From the NCBI RefSeq assembly GCF_009914755.1, contig NC_060943.1: a DNA stretch of 64,000 nucleotides; one strand, given 5' to 3'. The DNA is from the human T2T-CHM13v2.0 reference genome, Homo sapiens. Each line of letters begins with the position of its first letter. Positions within the stretch are counted from its first letter, which is position 1. The notes under the pieces were generated by a model. It was not told the origin of the DNA and made no database searches. It saw only the letters and a list, made by a program, of their open reading frames with translations. Shown piece by piece: positions 1 through 18,743 of this stretch. The position numbers and the translations under genes are program-made.

Positions 1-195
1 TAGGAGATATTTATATAACTGGATATTAATCTTTTGTCTGCTAAAAGTATTGTAAATATTTTCTTGAATTATAAGAGTTTCTAAAAAAACTTTGTAGCAT
101 CTTTTATTGGAGAAAAGTTTATTATATTTACACAGTTAAATCTGATAATTTTTTTTAATGCTATTATATTTGCCTAAGAATATTTTTCCTATTCT

Positions 196-487
196 GGCTG
201 GGCACTGTGGCTCACTCCTGTAATCCCAGCTCTTTGGGAGGCCAAGGCAGGCAGATCACCTTAGGCTAGGAGCTTGAGACCAGCCTGGCCAACATGGTGA
301 AATTCTGCCTCTACTAAAAATAATATGAAAAATTAGCCAGGCATGGTGGTGTGCACCTGTAGTTCCAGCTACTCAGGAGGCTGAGGCAGGAGAGAATTGC
401 TTGAAATTGGGAGGCATGGAGGCTGCAGTGAGCCATGGTTGTACCACTGAACTCCAGCCAGGCAACAGAGCAAGACTCTGTCTCAAT
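196..487 (+). mobile_element. Alu SINE
   Basis: GGCTGGGCACTGTGGCTCAC start, both arms present; flanked by TTTTTCCTATTC repeats. Confidence 0.95.
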
Positions 488-790
488 ATATATATATGTT
501 TTTCCTATTCAAAAACTATAAACATTAATCATATTTTCTTCTGTTATAATACTTTTTATTGCTTTGGGTCTATAAATTATCTGACACTTATTTTGGGGTT
601 ATTATTTTTAGTATAAGATTCTTTTCCAAAACAACAGGCAGTTCTTCCAACAGTGTTTATAATTTCATTACTTCCTCTTTAATTCGAAATGCCAAATTTA
701 AACTAGTTTTTAAATAAAGGTTGTTTCTGGAATTTCTCTTCTACTGATCCCTCATGGCATTATATCAATATTATGCTGTTTTACTGCTGA

Positions 791-1549
<759 letters not shown>

Positions 1550-1617
1550 TGATTTATATCTTGATCTTTAGAATTTCTTATTTTAATGATCTTCAGTAAA
1601 AATTATTTGGTTTTCTT

Positions 1618-1864
1618 ACCAAACACAGCATGTTCTCACTCATAAGTGGGAGTTGAACAATGAGAACACATGGACATAGGGAGGGGAACATCACACACCG
1701 GGGCCTGTCGGGCAGTGGGGGGCTAGGGGAGGGATAGCATTAGGAGAAATACCTAATGTAGATGATGGGTTGATGGGTGCAGCAAACCATCATGGCACAT
1801 GTATACCTATGTAACAAACCTGCACGTTCTGCACATGTATCCCAGAACTTAATGTATAATTTAA
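1618..1864 (+). mobile_element. 5'-truncated L1PA 3' end
   Basis: CATGTTCTCACTCATAAGTGGGAG...GTAACAAACCTGCACGTT L1 3'UTR; perfect 20-bp TSD AAAAATTATTTGGTTTTCTT at 1598-1617 and 1865-1884. Confidence 0.93.
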
Positions 1865-1906
1865 AAAAATTATTTGGTTTTCTTCAGGTAGGTTTTGCAC
1901 AATTCT

Positions 1907-3651
<1,745 letters not shown>

Positions 3652-4549
3652 CTAAAATGGCTTAGGGTGCAGGCCGTCACCTCCTGGGTGATTCCCATTT
3701 CAGTGGCGTGGCTTTGTGGTCTGTAAATGGGCTTCGTCCTGCCTTGCTGGTGCCCCTTACCACCCCTGCTGTGCAGGGCAAGGGTTGGCTTGCCTGCTGC
3801 TCCTGGCTCCAGGCCCTCAGCAAAGGCCCAGCACAGTTCAAAGGGACTAGAGGGAAGCCAGGGAAAGTAATTCTTTAGTCTCCGAGGTTGTTTTAACATT
3901 ATGATGATATATGGCATATATTGCTACAATGGCTGGGCACATTTACACGGAGGGCAGACCGGGAGGCCCTTAGGGCTGGGAGGGCCACCAGGTCAATAAT
4001 ATATGCAACCGGCAAAAGAAAACATCGACCTCATTTCCTCCAGAGAGCAGACAACTGTAACCCTGGAGTCCTGGTTTGCATGTAAATAATGAGCAAGATA
4101 CTGCGTGGCCACTTGTATCATTGAGGGGAGAGTGAGACAAGAACAAGAAAGATAAATTAGAAAAATATGAGGGCACCACTTATGGATCTGTACAAGGAAG
4201 TGTCATTCTTCAGGTTAATTTTGCTTCCTCTAGAAAGCAGCTCAGTGTTGGTAGGCTTCTATGTCTGAGATTTTAAAATGGCTTTGGTATGATTATTATC
4301 AATGAAATAATCACTGTCAGTAACAAAAAATCAGTTTCTCGAGAGGATGACTGACGTGCGGTTGCAGCATTTGGCCCCGGGGCCCATTAAATCCTGACCA
4401 AAGTGCTGAAGAGTTGCCCCACAAATGATTTGGCTACACTGGGAATCACCCGGAAGGAGGCCAAGGGTGTGTAATTCTGGGGAAGTTTGGCGGCAGCCTA
4501 GGGCCTCCTCAATCTGAAAGCTCTTGTTTCGCTTTGTAAAGCGTTTGCT

Positions 4550-5605
4550 TGTTTCTTTTTCTTTCTCTCTTTTTTTCTTTCTTTCTTTTTCTTTCGCCTG
4601 CCTCCCTCCCTCCTTCCCTCCCTCCCTTCCCTCCTCTCTCCGTCCCTCCTTCTCTCCCTCTCCTGCCTCTCTCCCTCTCTCCCCCCTTTCTCTTTCCTTC
4701 CTTCCTTCCTTCCTTCCTTCCTCCCTCCCTCCCTCCCTCCCTCCCTCCCTCCCTTCCTCCCTCCCTCCCTTCCTCCCTCCCTCCCTTACTTCCTCCCTCC
4801 CTCCTCTCCCTCTCCTGCCTCTCTCCCTCTCTCCCCCTTTCTCTCTCCTTCCTTCCTTTCTTCCCTTCCTCCCTCCCTCCCTCCTTCTCTCCCTCTCCTG
4901 CCTCTCTCCCTCTCTTCCCCTTTTCTCTCCTTCCTTCCTTTTCCTTCCTTCCTTCCTTTCTTTCCTTTCTTTCTTTCTTTCGCCTTCCTCCCTCCCTCCT
5001 TCCCTCCCTCCCTTCCTCCCTCCCTCCCTCTCCTGCATCTCTCCCTCTCTCTCCCCTTTCTCTTTCCTCCCTTCCTCCCTCCCTTCCTCCCTCCCTTCCT
5101 TCCTCCCTCCCTCCTTCTCTCCCTCTCCTGCCTCTCTCCCTCTCTCCCCCCTTTTCTCCCCTTCCTTCCTTCCTTTCTTTTCCTTCCTTCCTTCCTTCTT
5201 CCTTTTCTTTCTCTCTTTCTCTTTCTTTCCTTCGCCTTCCTCCCTCCCTCCCTCCTTCCCTCCCTCCGTCCTTCCCACCCTCCCTCCTTCCCTCCCTCCC
5301 TTCCTTCCTCCCTCTCTCCTTCTCTCCCTCTCCTGCATCTCTCCCTCTCTCTCCCCTTTCTCTTTCCTTCCTTCCTTCCTCTCTCCCTTCTTTCCTCCCT
5401 CCCTCCTTCTCTCCCTCTCCTGCCTCTCTCCCTCTCTCCCCGCTTTTCTCTCCTTCCTTCCTTCCTTTCTTTTCCTTCCTTCCTTCTTCCTTTTCTTTCT
5501 TTTCTTTTTCTCTTTCTCTTTGTTTCTTTCTTTCTTTCTTTCTTTCTTTCTCTCTTTCTTTTTCTTTCTTTCTTTCTCTTTTCTGTCTCTCTCTCTCTCC
5601 CCCAC
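4550..5605. repeat. ~1.05-kb polypyrimidine (CCTT/CCCT/CT) tract with higher-order repeat units
   Basis: Almost only C/T on the + strand; recurring unit TCTCCCTCTCCTGC(C/A)TCTCTCCCTCTCT; abuts an Alu left-arm fragment (-) at ~5606-5695. Confidence 0.97.
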
Positions 5606-5699
5606 CTTTTTTTTTCAGACAGGGTCTTGCTAAGTTGCCCAGGCTGGTCTCAAACTCCTGGCCTCAAGTGATCCTCCTGCCTTGGCCTCCCAAAGGAGG

Positions 5700-6012
5700 A
5701 ATTATTATCACTATTTTGCCTTAGATGTGATAATGGTTGTATTTTTACATACTTATGTTTTGGAGATACCTGCTGAATATTGATGGGTGGAATGATAGAA
5801 TTTAGGGGATTTGCTTCAAAATAGCTAGGGGAGGCAGTAGGGGGAGGTACAGAAGAAATGAAATTGGCCATGAAGTGACCATTGCTGAGTCCAGATGATG
5901 GATACATGGGGGCTCACTATGCTGTTCTACCCTTTTACTTGCTTGAAATTTTTTATAAGAAATAAAGCTTCCCAGGTGGTTCTGATGATCAGCCAGAGCT
6001 GGGAACCCCTGG
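5700..6012 (+). mobile_element. Old L1M 3'UTR fragment followed by a short MER5-like fragment
   Basis: GATGGATACATGGGGGCTCACTAT...TTGAAATTTTTTATAA is typical of L1MC/ME 3' ends; TCCCAGGTGGTTCTGATG...GGGAACCCCTG is MER5-like. Confidence 0.55.
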
Positions 6013-6157
6013 CTTGGCTGATCCGCAGAGGCTGATTCCTAGCTATTATTCTCTGACCTTCCATGTCGCAGAAATTATGATGGTAATCAGAACTGGATCA
6101 TGTTTCCTCTCTAGTTTGGAGGAGGTCATGAGATACCTTAACAAGAAAAGGGTCTGG

Positions 6158-6922
<765 letters not shown>

Positions 6923-7034
6923 CTTTCTATCTTTATTTTGAAAAGTAAAATAAATAAAAATTATTAGTTCATTGATTTATTGAACTAATTATTTATTGGA
7001 TTGCTACTGTATGCCAGGCACTCTGCCAAGCTCT

Positions 7035-9005
<1,971 letters not shown>

Positions 9006-9479
9006 ATATTACCAAGTAATCCTTCTCCCACCTAGGACACAGTAAGGGAGAAACAGCAGTTGTCCCACCCTAGCAAAAGCAGGAAAATTGCAAAAGCAAA
9101 GAGCCAGGAAACCTCAAAAGCAAACTTTTTCTTGAACCTACTGGAAAGCTGAAGGGGCAGGGCAACTGTGTAGCCTGAAATCTAAGGAAAGACAGTTGCC
9201 TCCCCAGTGATAGATGGGACATGAGCACCAGCTTACCTGTGTGCAGTACAAGAGGAAGAGGTTCCTGGTGCCATGCACAAGAGAAAACATTATTTAGCTA
9301 ACATTTTTAGCAAATTTGCTGGAGCCTGAGTGCAAACTAGAGTAGGCATATAAAGTCCTGGGCACTGCAGACTCAAGGAGAGTTTTCATAGACCTCCAGT
9401 TTATGAGAAAGACCAGGAGCAGAGCAGGACACCAGAGACCACCTCCCTCGTTGGTACAGGGCTAGAGGATAGTGACAAC

Positions 9480-10157
9480 TGAAGACAACGAGGCTCATTT
9501 GGAAAGGAGAGCTTTATTTCTCATAAAGGGTTGCAGCCTGCAGAGTGGCCATTCTGACAGGCTGGGAAGCATAGCCTCTGGTCACAAGCCAGAAACAGTC
9601 ACTTCAAGGGAGGAGCAAAGGGAATAGGAATTTATGCTGAGCGGGATGGCTGAACATACATATTTAATAAGATATAGGAGTCATGAATATTTATGAAAGG
9701 AGAAACACATGTGCAAGTGTGCTTCATGTCCCTTCATGGGTCCCATGTACAAAAACATGGCAGTATCAGCCTGATTCAAGGGTGGAGTTTTCAGCCTTCT
9801 GATATCAAAAGGTGACATGAAGATGCAGAAACCTTTATTGAGCATTCTCCATGGACTGACCAGACCATGGAGGTCTCTTATCAGGTAAAAAAGAAGGAGC
9901 AGCCTCAGGTGGTTATAGGTGATATCAGTGTGGAGTCTTTTGAAAGGGCTGGTTTCTGTTTAGCCCTTAGGGAAGAAAATGTAATTGTAGTTAGTGATGA
10001 AGGGAGCGTTAACAATGAGGTGCATCAGACCCCCTATCCCATCATGGCCAAGCATTCTGTTTTCAAGGTGACTCTGCATTCCCTTGGCCAGGAGGTGGTC
10101 CATTCAGCCAGTGGGGTGGGGGTGGGGGGGCACTTAGAATTTTATTCATATTTCTAG
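9480..10157 (-). mobile_element. ERV1 (MER4-group) solo LTR, subfamily uncertain
   Basis: Minus strand begins AATAAAATTCTAAG..CCCC..CTGAATGGACC..TGGCCAAGGG, recalled as MER66/LTR48-type; AATAAA near its 3' end; ends in CA. Confidence 0.7.
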
Positions 10158-10214
10158 ATAGGATTGGCCACATTTGTGGGAAAGGCATAAACACCATCCA
10201 GACTCTTCATTTCT

Positions 10215-10985
10215 TTCTTTTTTAAAAACAATTATTATTATACTTTAAGTTCTAGGGTACATGTGCCAACGTGCAGGTTTGTTACATATGTATACATGTG
10301 CCATGTTGGTGTGCTGCACCCATTAACTCATCATTTACATTAGGTATATCTCCTAATGCTATCCCTCCCCCCATCCCCGACCCCATGACAGGCCCCAGTG
10401 TGTGATGTTCCCCACCCTGTGTCCAAGTGTTCCCATTGTTCAATACCCACCTATGAGTGAGAACATGTGGTGTCTGGTTTTCTGTCCTTGCAACAGTTTG
10501 CTCAGAATGATGGTTTCCAGCTTAATCTATGTCCCTATAAAGGACATGAACTCATCCTTTTTTATGGCTGCATAGTATTCCATGGTGTATATGTGCCACA
10601 TTTTCTTAATCTAGTCTATCATTGATGGACATTTGGGTTGATTCCAAGTCTCTGCTATTGTGAATAGTGCCACAATAAACATACGTGTGCATGTGTCTTT
10701 ACAGCAGCATGATTTATAATCCTTTGGGTATATACCCAGTAATGGGATGGCTGGGTCAAATGGTATTTCTAGTTCTAGATCCTTGAGGAATCACCACACT
10801 GTCTTCCACAATGGTTGAACTAGTTTACAGTCCCACCAACAGTGTAAAAGTGTTCCTATTTCTCTACATCCTCTCCAGCAACTGTCGTTTCCTGACTTTT
10901 TAATGATTGCCATTCTAACTGGTGTGAGATGGTATCTCATTGTGGTTTTGATTTGCATTTCTCTGATGGCCAGTGATGATGAGCC
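10215..10985 (-). mobile_element. 5'-truncated L1PA (PA4/5-like) 3' end
   Basis: TTATTATACTTTAAGTTCTAGGGTACATGTG...GGCTGCATAGTATTCCATGG; closely matches young L1 3'UTR and ORF2 end. Confidence 0.93.
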
Positions 10986-10994
10986 TACCTCCCT

Positions 10995-11283
10995 TTATTT
11001 TTTGAGTTGGAGTCTTGCTTTGGCACCCAGGGTGGAATGCAGTGGTGCAATCCTGGCTCACTGCAATGTCCGCCTCCCAGGTTCGAGTGATTCTCCTGCT
11101 TCAGCCTCCTGAGTGGCTGGGATTACAGGCACACGCCACCACACCTGGCTAATTTTTGTATTTTTAGTAGAGACAGGGTTTCACCGTGTTGCCCAGCTGG
11201 TCTCAAACTCCTGGCCTCAGGTGATCTGCCTGCCTTGGCCTCCCAAATGGCTGGGATTACAGGCGTGAGCCACTGCACCTGGC
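10995..11283 (-). mobile_element. AluS-like element
   Basis: Complete reverse-complement Alu. Confidence 0.95.
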
Positions 11284-11532
11284 CCAGACCCTTCATCTCT
11301 ACTCCCCTAGAAAACAAAAACTATAAGCTGCCATAGGGAAGTGGGGAGGGATTACTGAGAAAGTTCTACCTCTGAGACCCAAGGACACAGGAAGCATGAA
11401 GTAACAAGTAACTGCAGTTTTCCCATTAGGAGGGGCAAGAGTGTGGGGAGAGCCCCTCGAGGTGTGAGTGCACAGAGAAGACCAGAAACTGAGGGTGAGG
11501 AAGAAATATTAAGAACGACCCTTGGGAGGTAA

Positions 11533-11839
11533 TTCCAGGGTTTTGGGAGGCTGAGGCAGGGAGATTGCTTGAGGCCAGGAGTTCAAGATCAGCCTGGGCA
11601 ACATGGCAAGGCCCAGTCCTGACAAAAAAAATTTAAAAATTAGCCAGGTGTGGTGATGCACAGCTGTAGTCTCAGCTACTTGAGAGGCTAAAGTGGGAGG
11701 ATCAATTGCTTGAACCCAGGAGTTGAAGGCTGCAGTGAGTTATGATTGCAACCACTGCACTCCAGCCTGGGTGACAGAGCAAGACGTTGTCTCAAAGAAA
11801 GAAGGAAGAAAGAAAAAAAGAAGGAAGGAAGGAAGGAAG
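11533..11839 (+). mobile_element. AluJ-like element with a GAAG-type tail
   Basis: Alu body; tail AAAGAAAGAAGGAAG. Confidence 0.9.
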
Positions 11840-12301
11840 TGTTAGATATGGGTTCTAAATTTATTTTCAAAGAATCAATATGTCAGTATGTTCAATTCTT
11901 TACCTTCTACTTTTAAACTTAACTTCCTTATAGAGCAACCTTTTTTGATTACCTGCTCCACCCTGACTCATTTCAATCACCTGCTCCACCCTGACTCATT
12001 CTGATTACCTGCTCTGTCATAACCATTTTTCCTGCCAAAGCACTCACCCCGTTATTAGCCAATCAGAATTAGTTTAGCCTGTGCGGTCTAACTCTACCAA
12101 TAGGGGAACAACACAGCAGCAGGGGCCATGTGGGTCACGGATAAGAACCCCTTCCCCTCCCTTGTCCAAGTGTGCGCTCACCATTGCTCTATCTGTAAGG
12201 GCGCACCCTTCTATGGAAGTACCTTGCCTTGCTGAGAATTAAAAGAAAATTTTATATTTGAGTGCAATTGGTTTTGCGGCACTGAAACTTTACATATAAC
12301 A
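11840..12301 (+). mobile_element. LTR10 (HERV-I; LTR10F/A-like) solo LTR
   Basis: TGTTAGATATG..TTCTAAATT start and TATAACA end; internal 28-bp repeat ACCTGCTCCACCCTGACTCATT; CCAAT boxes; flanks GGAAG/GGAGG. Confidence 0.85.
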
Positions 12302-12485
12302 GGAGGAAGGAAAGAAGGGATGGAGGGAGGGAGGGAGAAAGAAAGACACTGAAGCAACTCAACCCCCATCTGAAGCACAAGGTAATTCTAGAGGAATTTG
12401 AACCTAGTGTTACACTGACGGAAACCATGGCAATAACAAAAGCCAAACCCAGATTGACTCCTGACTGGATTGCCTCAACTTCCCA

Positions 12486-12759
12486 TTGGTTGCTTTCCAC
12501 AACCAATCAGACAGATTTCGGGCCACCACTTGGTTTACACGAGTTGACCACCAAGTGGCCAATGGGAAACCTGTAGGGAGTATTTGGACCCAAGAAGATT
12601 CTGTATCCGGGCCCTTGAGCCCCTATGCTCGAGCCCGCTCCTGCACTGTGGAGTGTACTTTCATTTTCAATAAATCCCTTCATTCCTTCCTTGCTTTGTG
12701 TGTTTTGTCCAATTCCTTGTTCAAGGCACCAAGAACCTGGACACCCTCCACCGATGACA
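12486..12759 (+). mobile_element. MER51-like LTR, 3' portion
   Basis: CCAAT boxes, TTTTCAATAAATCCCTTC, and terminus CCAAGAACCTGGACACCCTCCACCGATGACA. Confidence 0.7.
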
Positions 12760-13252
12760 CTGAGAGGTGTTGCAGGAACTCCCAAATTTGTGTTGATTAA
12801 TTTTTGTATTTTTAGTAGAGATGGGATTTCGCGATGTTGTCCAGGTTGGTCTCCAACTTCTGACCTCAAGTGATCCACCTGCCTCAGCCTCCCAAAGTAA
12901 GACCGATGCCTCAATGCTGTGCCTGCAATTGCCTGTTCCTGCTGTTTCAGGGTAGTTTTGTTTGTGTCCGGTTCCTGCTGTCCTCCCTGCCCCACACAGG
13001 AGGCCTCTGTGCAGGACACACAGCCGTTCCTCGAGAGCCACTCTGCACCTGCTGTCTGCACTAGCTACAGAAGGGTCCAGATGAGTGTCTGCACAGGTAG
13101 GTCTTGCCGCTGAAGACTAAGCCTTGCAAAGCAAACCAGGAGAAATGGATTTTGGTATGTTAGACAGGCAGGCAGTCTTCGTCCTAGTTTTGTTTTGTTT
13201 TTTGCTTAGTAACTGCTATTGCAACCATAATATTTTCATCCTTCTTTCCTTC

Positions 13253-13570
13253 TGAAATTGTGCCTCAAAGAGTTAAAGAAATCAGTAACTCTGGGCACAG
13301 TGGCTCATGTCTGTAATCCCAGCACTTTGGGAGGCTGAGGCAGGAGGACTGCTTGAGCCCAGGAGTTTAAGACCAGCCTGGACAACACAGTGAGAACCCG
13401 TCTCTACATAAAATAAAAATTAGCTGGGCATGGTAGCGCATGCCTGTCATCCCAGTTACTCAGGAGGTTGGGGCAAAAGGATTGCTTGAGCCCAGGAGTT
13501 CAAGGCTGCAGTTAGTCACGATTGCGCACCACTGCACTCCAACCAGGGTGACAGAGGGAGACCCTGTCTC

Positions 13571-13605
<35 letters not shown>

Positions 13606-14004
13606 AAAACCAGTAAGTAACAGAAATTCTTGAGTTTGCAGGATAGCAGATAAGGAAAGAAACAACTTGCTGAAATGCTGAAACTCCTTTCATTCGTAAG
13701 ATAATAAAACTGGCTGAAATCAGTTGGAACGAATGTGGCCAACTAGAGTCTGTGCAGAACCAGCTTGCTGACATCACAGCCTGAATTTCCATCACGTTTC
13801 AGATAACTCCCTCTGAATGTGCACACGCGAACCATAAGTTAGCATGAGAAGATAATCATGAATCCTCAAGGATTCTGCCCATCTCCCTCTTCCTTCCACC
13901 AATCACCTGCTAATCCAACCCCAAAACTTGACTAATAAAATGACTGCCTTAAAGCCAGGAGGGAGACAGATTTGAGCTGGATGCATGTCTCCCTGGGAGT
14001 CAAC

Positions 14005-14005
<1 letters not shown>
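13253..14005 (+). mobile_element. LTR (LTR47-like) interrupted by an AluJ (~13290-13605+, CAA tail)
   Basis: TGAAA..GTGCC.CAAAGAGTTAAAGAAA start; sequence resumes after the Alu with the duplicated CAGTAA target. Confidence 0.6.
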
Positions 14006-15514
<1,509 letters not shown>

Positions 15515-15570
15515 TCAATGATTTCATGAATATTATTAAGTTAAATCTTTACATTAAAAATATAAGTTGA

Positions 15571-16619
<1,049 letters not shown>

Positions 16620-16758
16620 AAAAATATGAGTTGATTTAAATAAAAATATTAAGTAAATATTAGTATAGGTGGCAAGCGGATATGGCAAAAAAAATCAATA
16701 AAATTTGAATGTGAATGGCTAAAATTCAGGAAATATGGTTTTAATAAAAACAGATACA

Positions 16759-16880
16759 AGCTGTGGCACGTGCTTGTAGTCCCAGCTGACGCGCAGGAGG
16801 GAGGAGTGCTTGAGCCCGGAAGTTCAGGGCCAGCCTGGGCAACATAGTGAGACCTCGTCTCAACAACAAAAATGAAAAAA
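16759..16880 (+). mobile_element. Alu monomer (FLAM-like)
   Basis: GTGGCACGTGCTTGTAGTCCCAGCT...CCAGCCTGGGCAACATAGTGAGACC followed by an A-rich tail. Confidence 0.75.
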
Positions 16881-17229
16881 ATCAACAACAACAGAAACAC
16901 AGATACATCTAAAATTGCTCTGGATCTTTGGAACAGGTCTGCCCTGAAGTGGTGTTTTATGGGCCTGGGCACTCTGGCACAAGCCCTTTCTGGGCACAAG
17001 GCGAAGTTGATGAGACTCATGCTTACTGCCAGCTTGCTCCAGGCCACTTTCAGCCACCAGCACCATGGCCTTCTGCCTCCTTAGTCTCTGTACCTTCCCT
17101 GGGATTTCCCCCAGGCTTGACTCTTCTCCCAACTCCTCTGTGCATGGCCTGAACTTGCCCTTGCAACCTGGCATGGATCAAGCTGGCTTCCTAGTTTCTG
17201 CCCCCCAGCTCCATTCACCCTTGGGTACT

Positions 17230-17636
17230 GGCCTCGCTTCATCACCTCTTTCTGTTATCTACACCCTTTGCCACATCACTTTGCAGTGCCCTGTCAATGT
17301 GACTCTGGGCTGGCCATGAGACCTGTGTTGACCAACAGAACCAGGCTGAAGTGACAGTGCACCAGTTCCAGAGGCCCTGAGTGTCTCTATGCCATCTTGT
17401 GCATTTCTGCCATCTCTAAGATAAGGACGAAATCAGCAGGTCCTAGGATGAGGGTAAAATATGTGGAGCAGAGTTGCCTCAGCCAAGCCTCCAACCTCCA
17501 GCAGCACTCCAGCCCTCCCACAAACTCATGAAAAATAAGACACTATTGTTTTTTTTCAGCCATTGAGCTTTGGAGTGTCCATGTATCGGTTAGCTATTGC
17601 TGCGTATTTGTTGCACAGCAATAGCTAACCGATACA
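17230..17636 (+). mobile_element. Degenerate MLT1 (MaLR) LTR
   Basis: GAAGTGACAGTG..CCAGTTCCAG; MaLR-like terminus TTTGTTGCACAGCAATAGCTAACCGATACA. Confidence 0.6.
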
Positions 17637-17643
17637 TGGACAC
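17575..17643. repeat. Perfect inverted repeat: 28-bp arms, 13-nt loop
   Basis: GTGTCCATGTATCGGTTAGCTATTGCTG (17575-17602) is the exact reverse complement of 17616-17643. Confidence 0.98.
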
Positions 17644-18132
17644 AAAGCAGCAGCCCCTGGCCCCCACCCCTGTTCAGTGACTGCTGTACTCACACACAGA
17701 GTAGAAAATGCTTGCACAAGTGGGATCAAGCATTTTCCCACTTTCATAACCATGCCCCATGGCGTTGCCACTGATATTGCCCTGCCTAGCACTGGAAAGA
17801 GGAGGTAGTGAGGGCAAATGGAACCTCTTTTGCTCAGTCCAGGGAGCAATAGGCAGCTGTCACCCACAAACGACATGGCTCCCACAATCTACTTCCCAGA
17901 TCATAGTCCTGCCTAGCTGGGACTGGAGGTAGGATACAAGTTAGAGGTGTATTCCAGCCCCAGGGTGCTGGGTGAGGCCTGGGGATGTGTCCCTGCCCAC
18001 AAGATAGAACTGGAATCTTCACGTCCACCAGATTCTGGGCCTCTCTCCTATGTCACAGATGGGAATTCTTTCCACATTATTCCCAGTGGGTCTTCTCACT
18101 CTTTTCCAGGCTCCTTGGAGGTCACTGCCCTG

Positions 18133-18195
18133 ATGACAACATGGTCTTCCCTTCAAGGAAGCCACGTTTCTAAGAGGGCTCTGGCATATGCATTG
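18133..18195 (+). CDS. URI1: URI1 distal alternative first exon, coding part (MTTWSSLQGSHVSKRALAYAL)
   Basis: 21 codons from ATG ending at a consensus donor TTG|GTGAGT; phase 0, the same as the main exon 1; agrees with my recollection of a URI1 isoform 18 aa shorter that starts ~18.6 kb upstream. Confidence 0.72.
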
Positions 18196-18268
18196 GTGAG
18201 TTGAAGCTTGACAGTGTTATAGCTTCTCTGCTGTTAGTGTGAGGTTTGAGGATTTTACTTTAACCACA

Positions 18269-18743
18269 TGGATTAGTCAGAGAAACAGAATGAACAAGAT
18301 ACAGATGGCGCTGTAGACATAGCTATAGACCTGGAAGAGGGGCTTTATAATGGAGATTGGCCTGAGTGATTAGGAGCCTAAGAAGTCCCACAGTATGTCA
18401 TCTGCAGGTTGAAGAGCCACGGAAGCTGATGGTATCATTCAGTTTGAGCCTGAAGTTCTGAGAACCAGGAGCTTCAACGTCCCAGGGCAGGAGAAGGTGG
18501 ATGTCCCAGGTCCAGAAGAGAGTGAATTTGCTTTTCCTCTGTCTTTTTGTTCTATTTGGGCCCTCAGTGGATTGAATGTTGCCCACCTACATTGGTGAGG
18601 GCAGATGTTTTTTACTCGGTCTACTGATTCGAGTACCAATCTCTTTGAAAACACCCTCCCAGATGCACCCAGAAATAATGTTGCACCTGCTATCTGGGTA
18701 TCCCTTAACCCAGTCAAGCTGACAGCTAAAAGTAACCATCACA
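18269..18743 (-). mobile_element. MLT2 (ERVL) solo LTR
   Basis: Minus strand starts TGTGATGGTTACTTTTAGCTGTCAGCTTGACTGGG; 5-bp TSD CCACA at 18264-18268 and 18744-18748. Confidence 0.88.

Noticed and set aside
4331-5724. Long ORFs of 369-424 aa (E/R/K/G-rich and S/P/L/F-rich)
   Set aside because: They arise because the purine/pyrimidine tract cannot encode stop codons; no domain or promoter evidence
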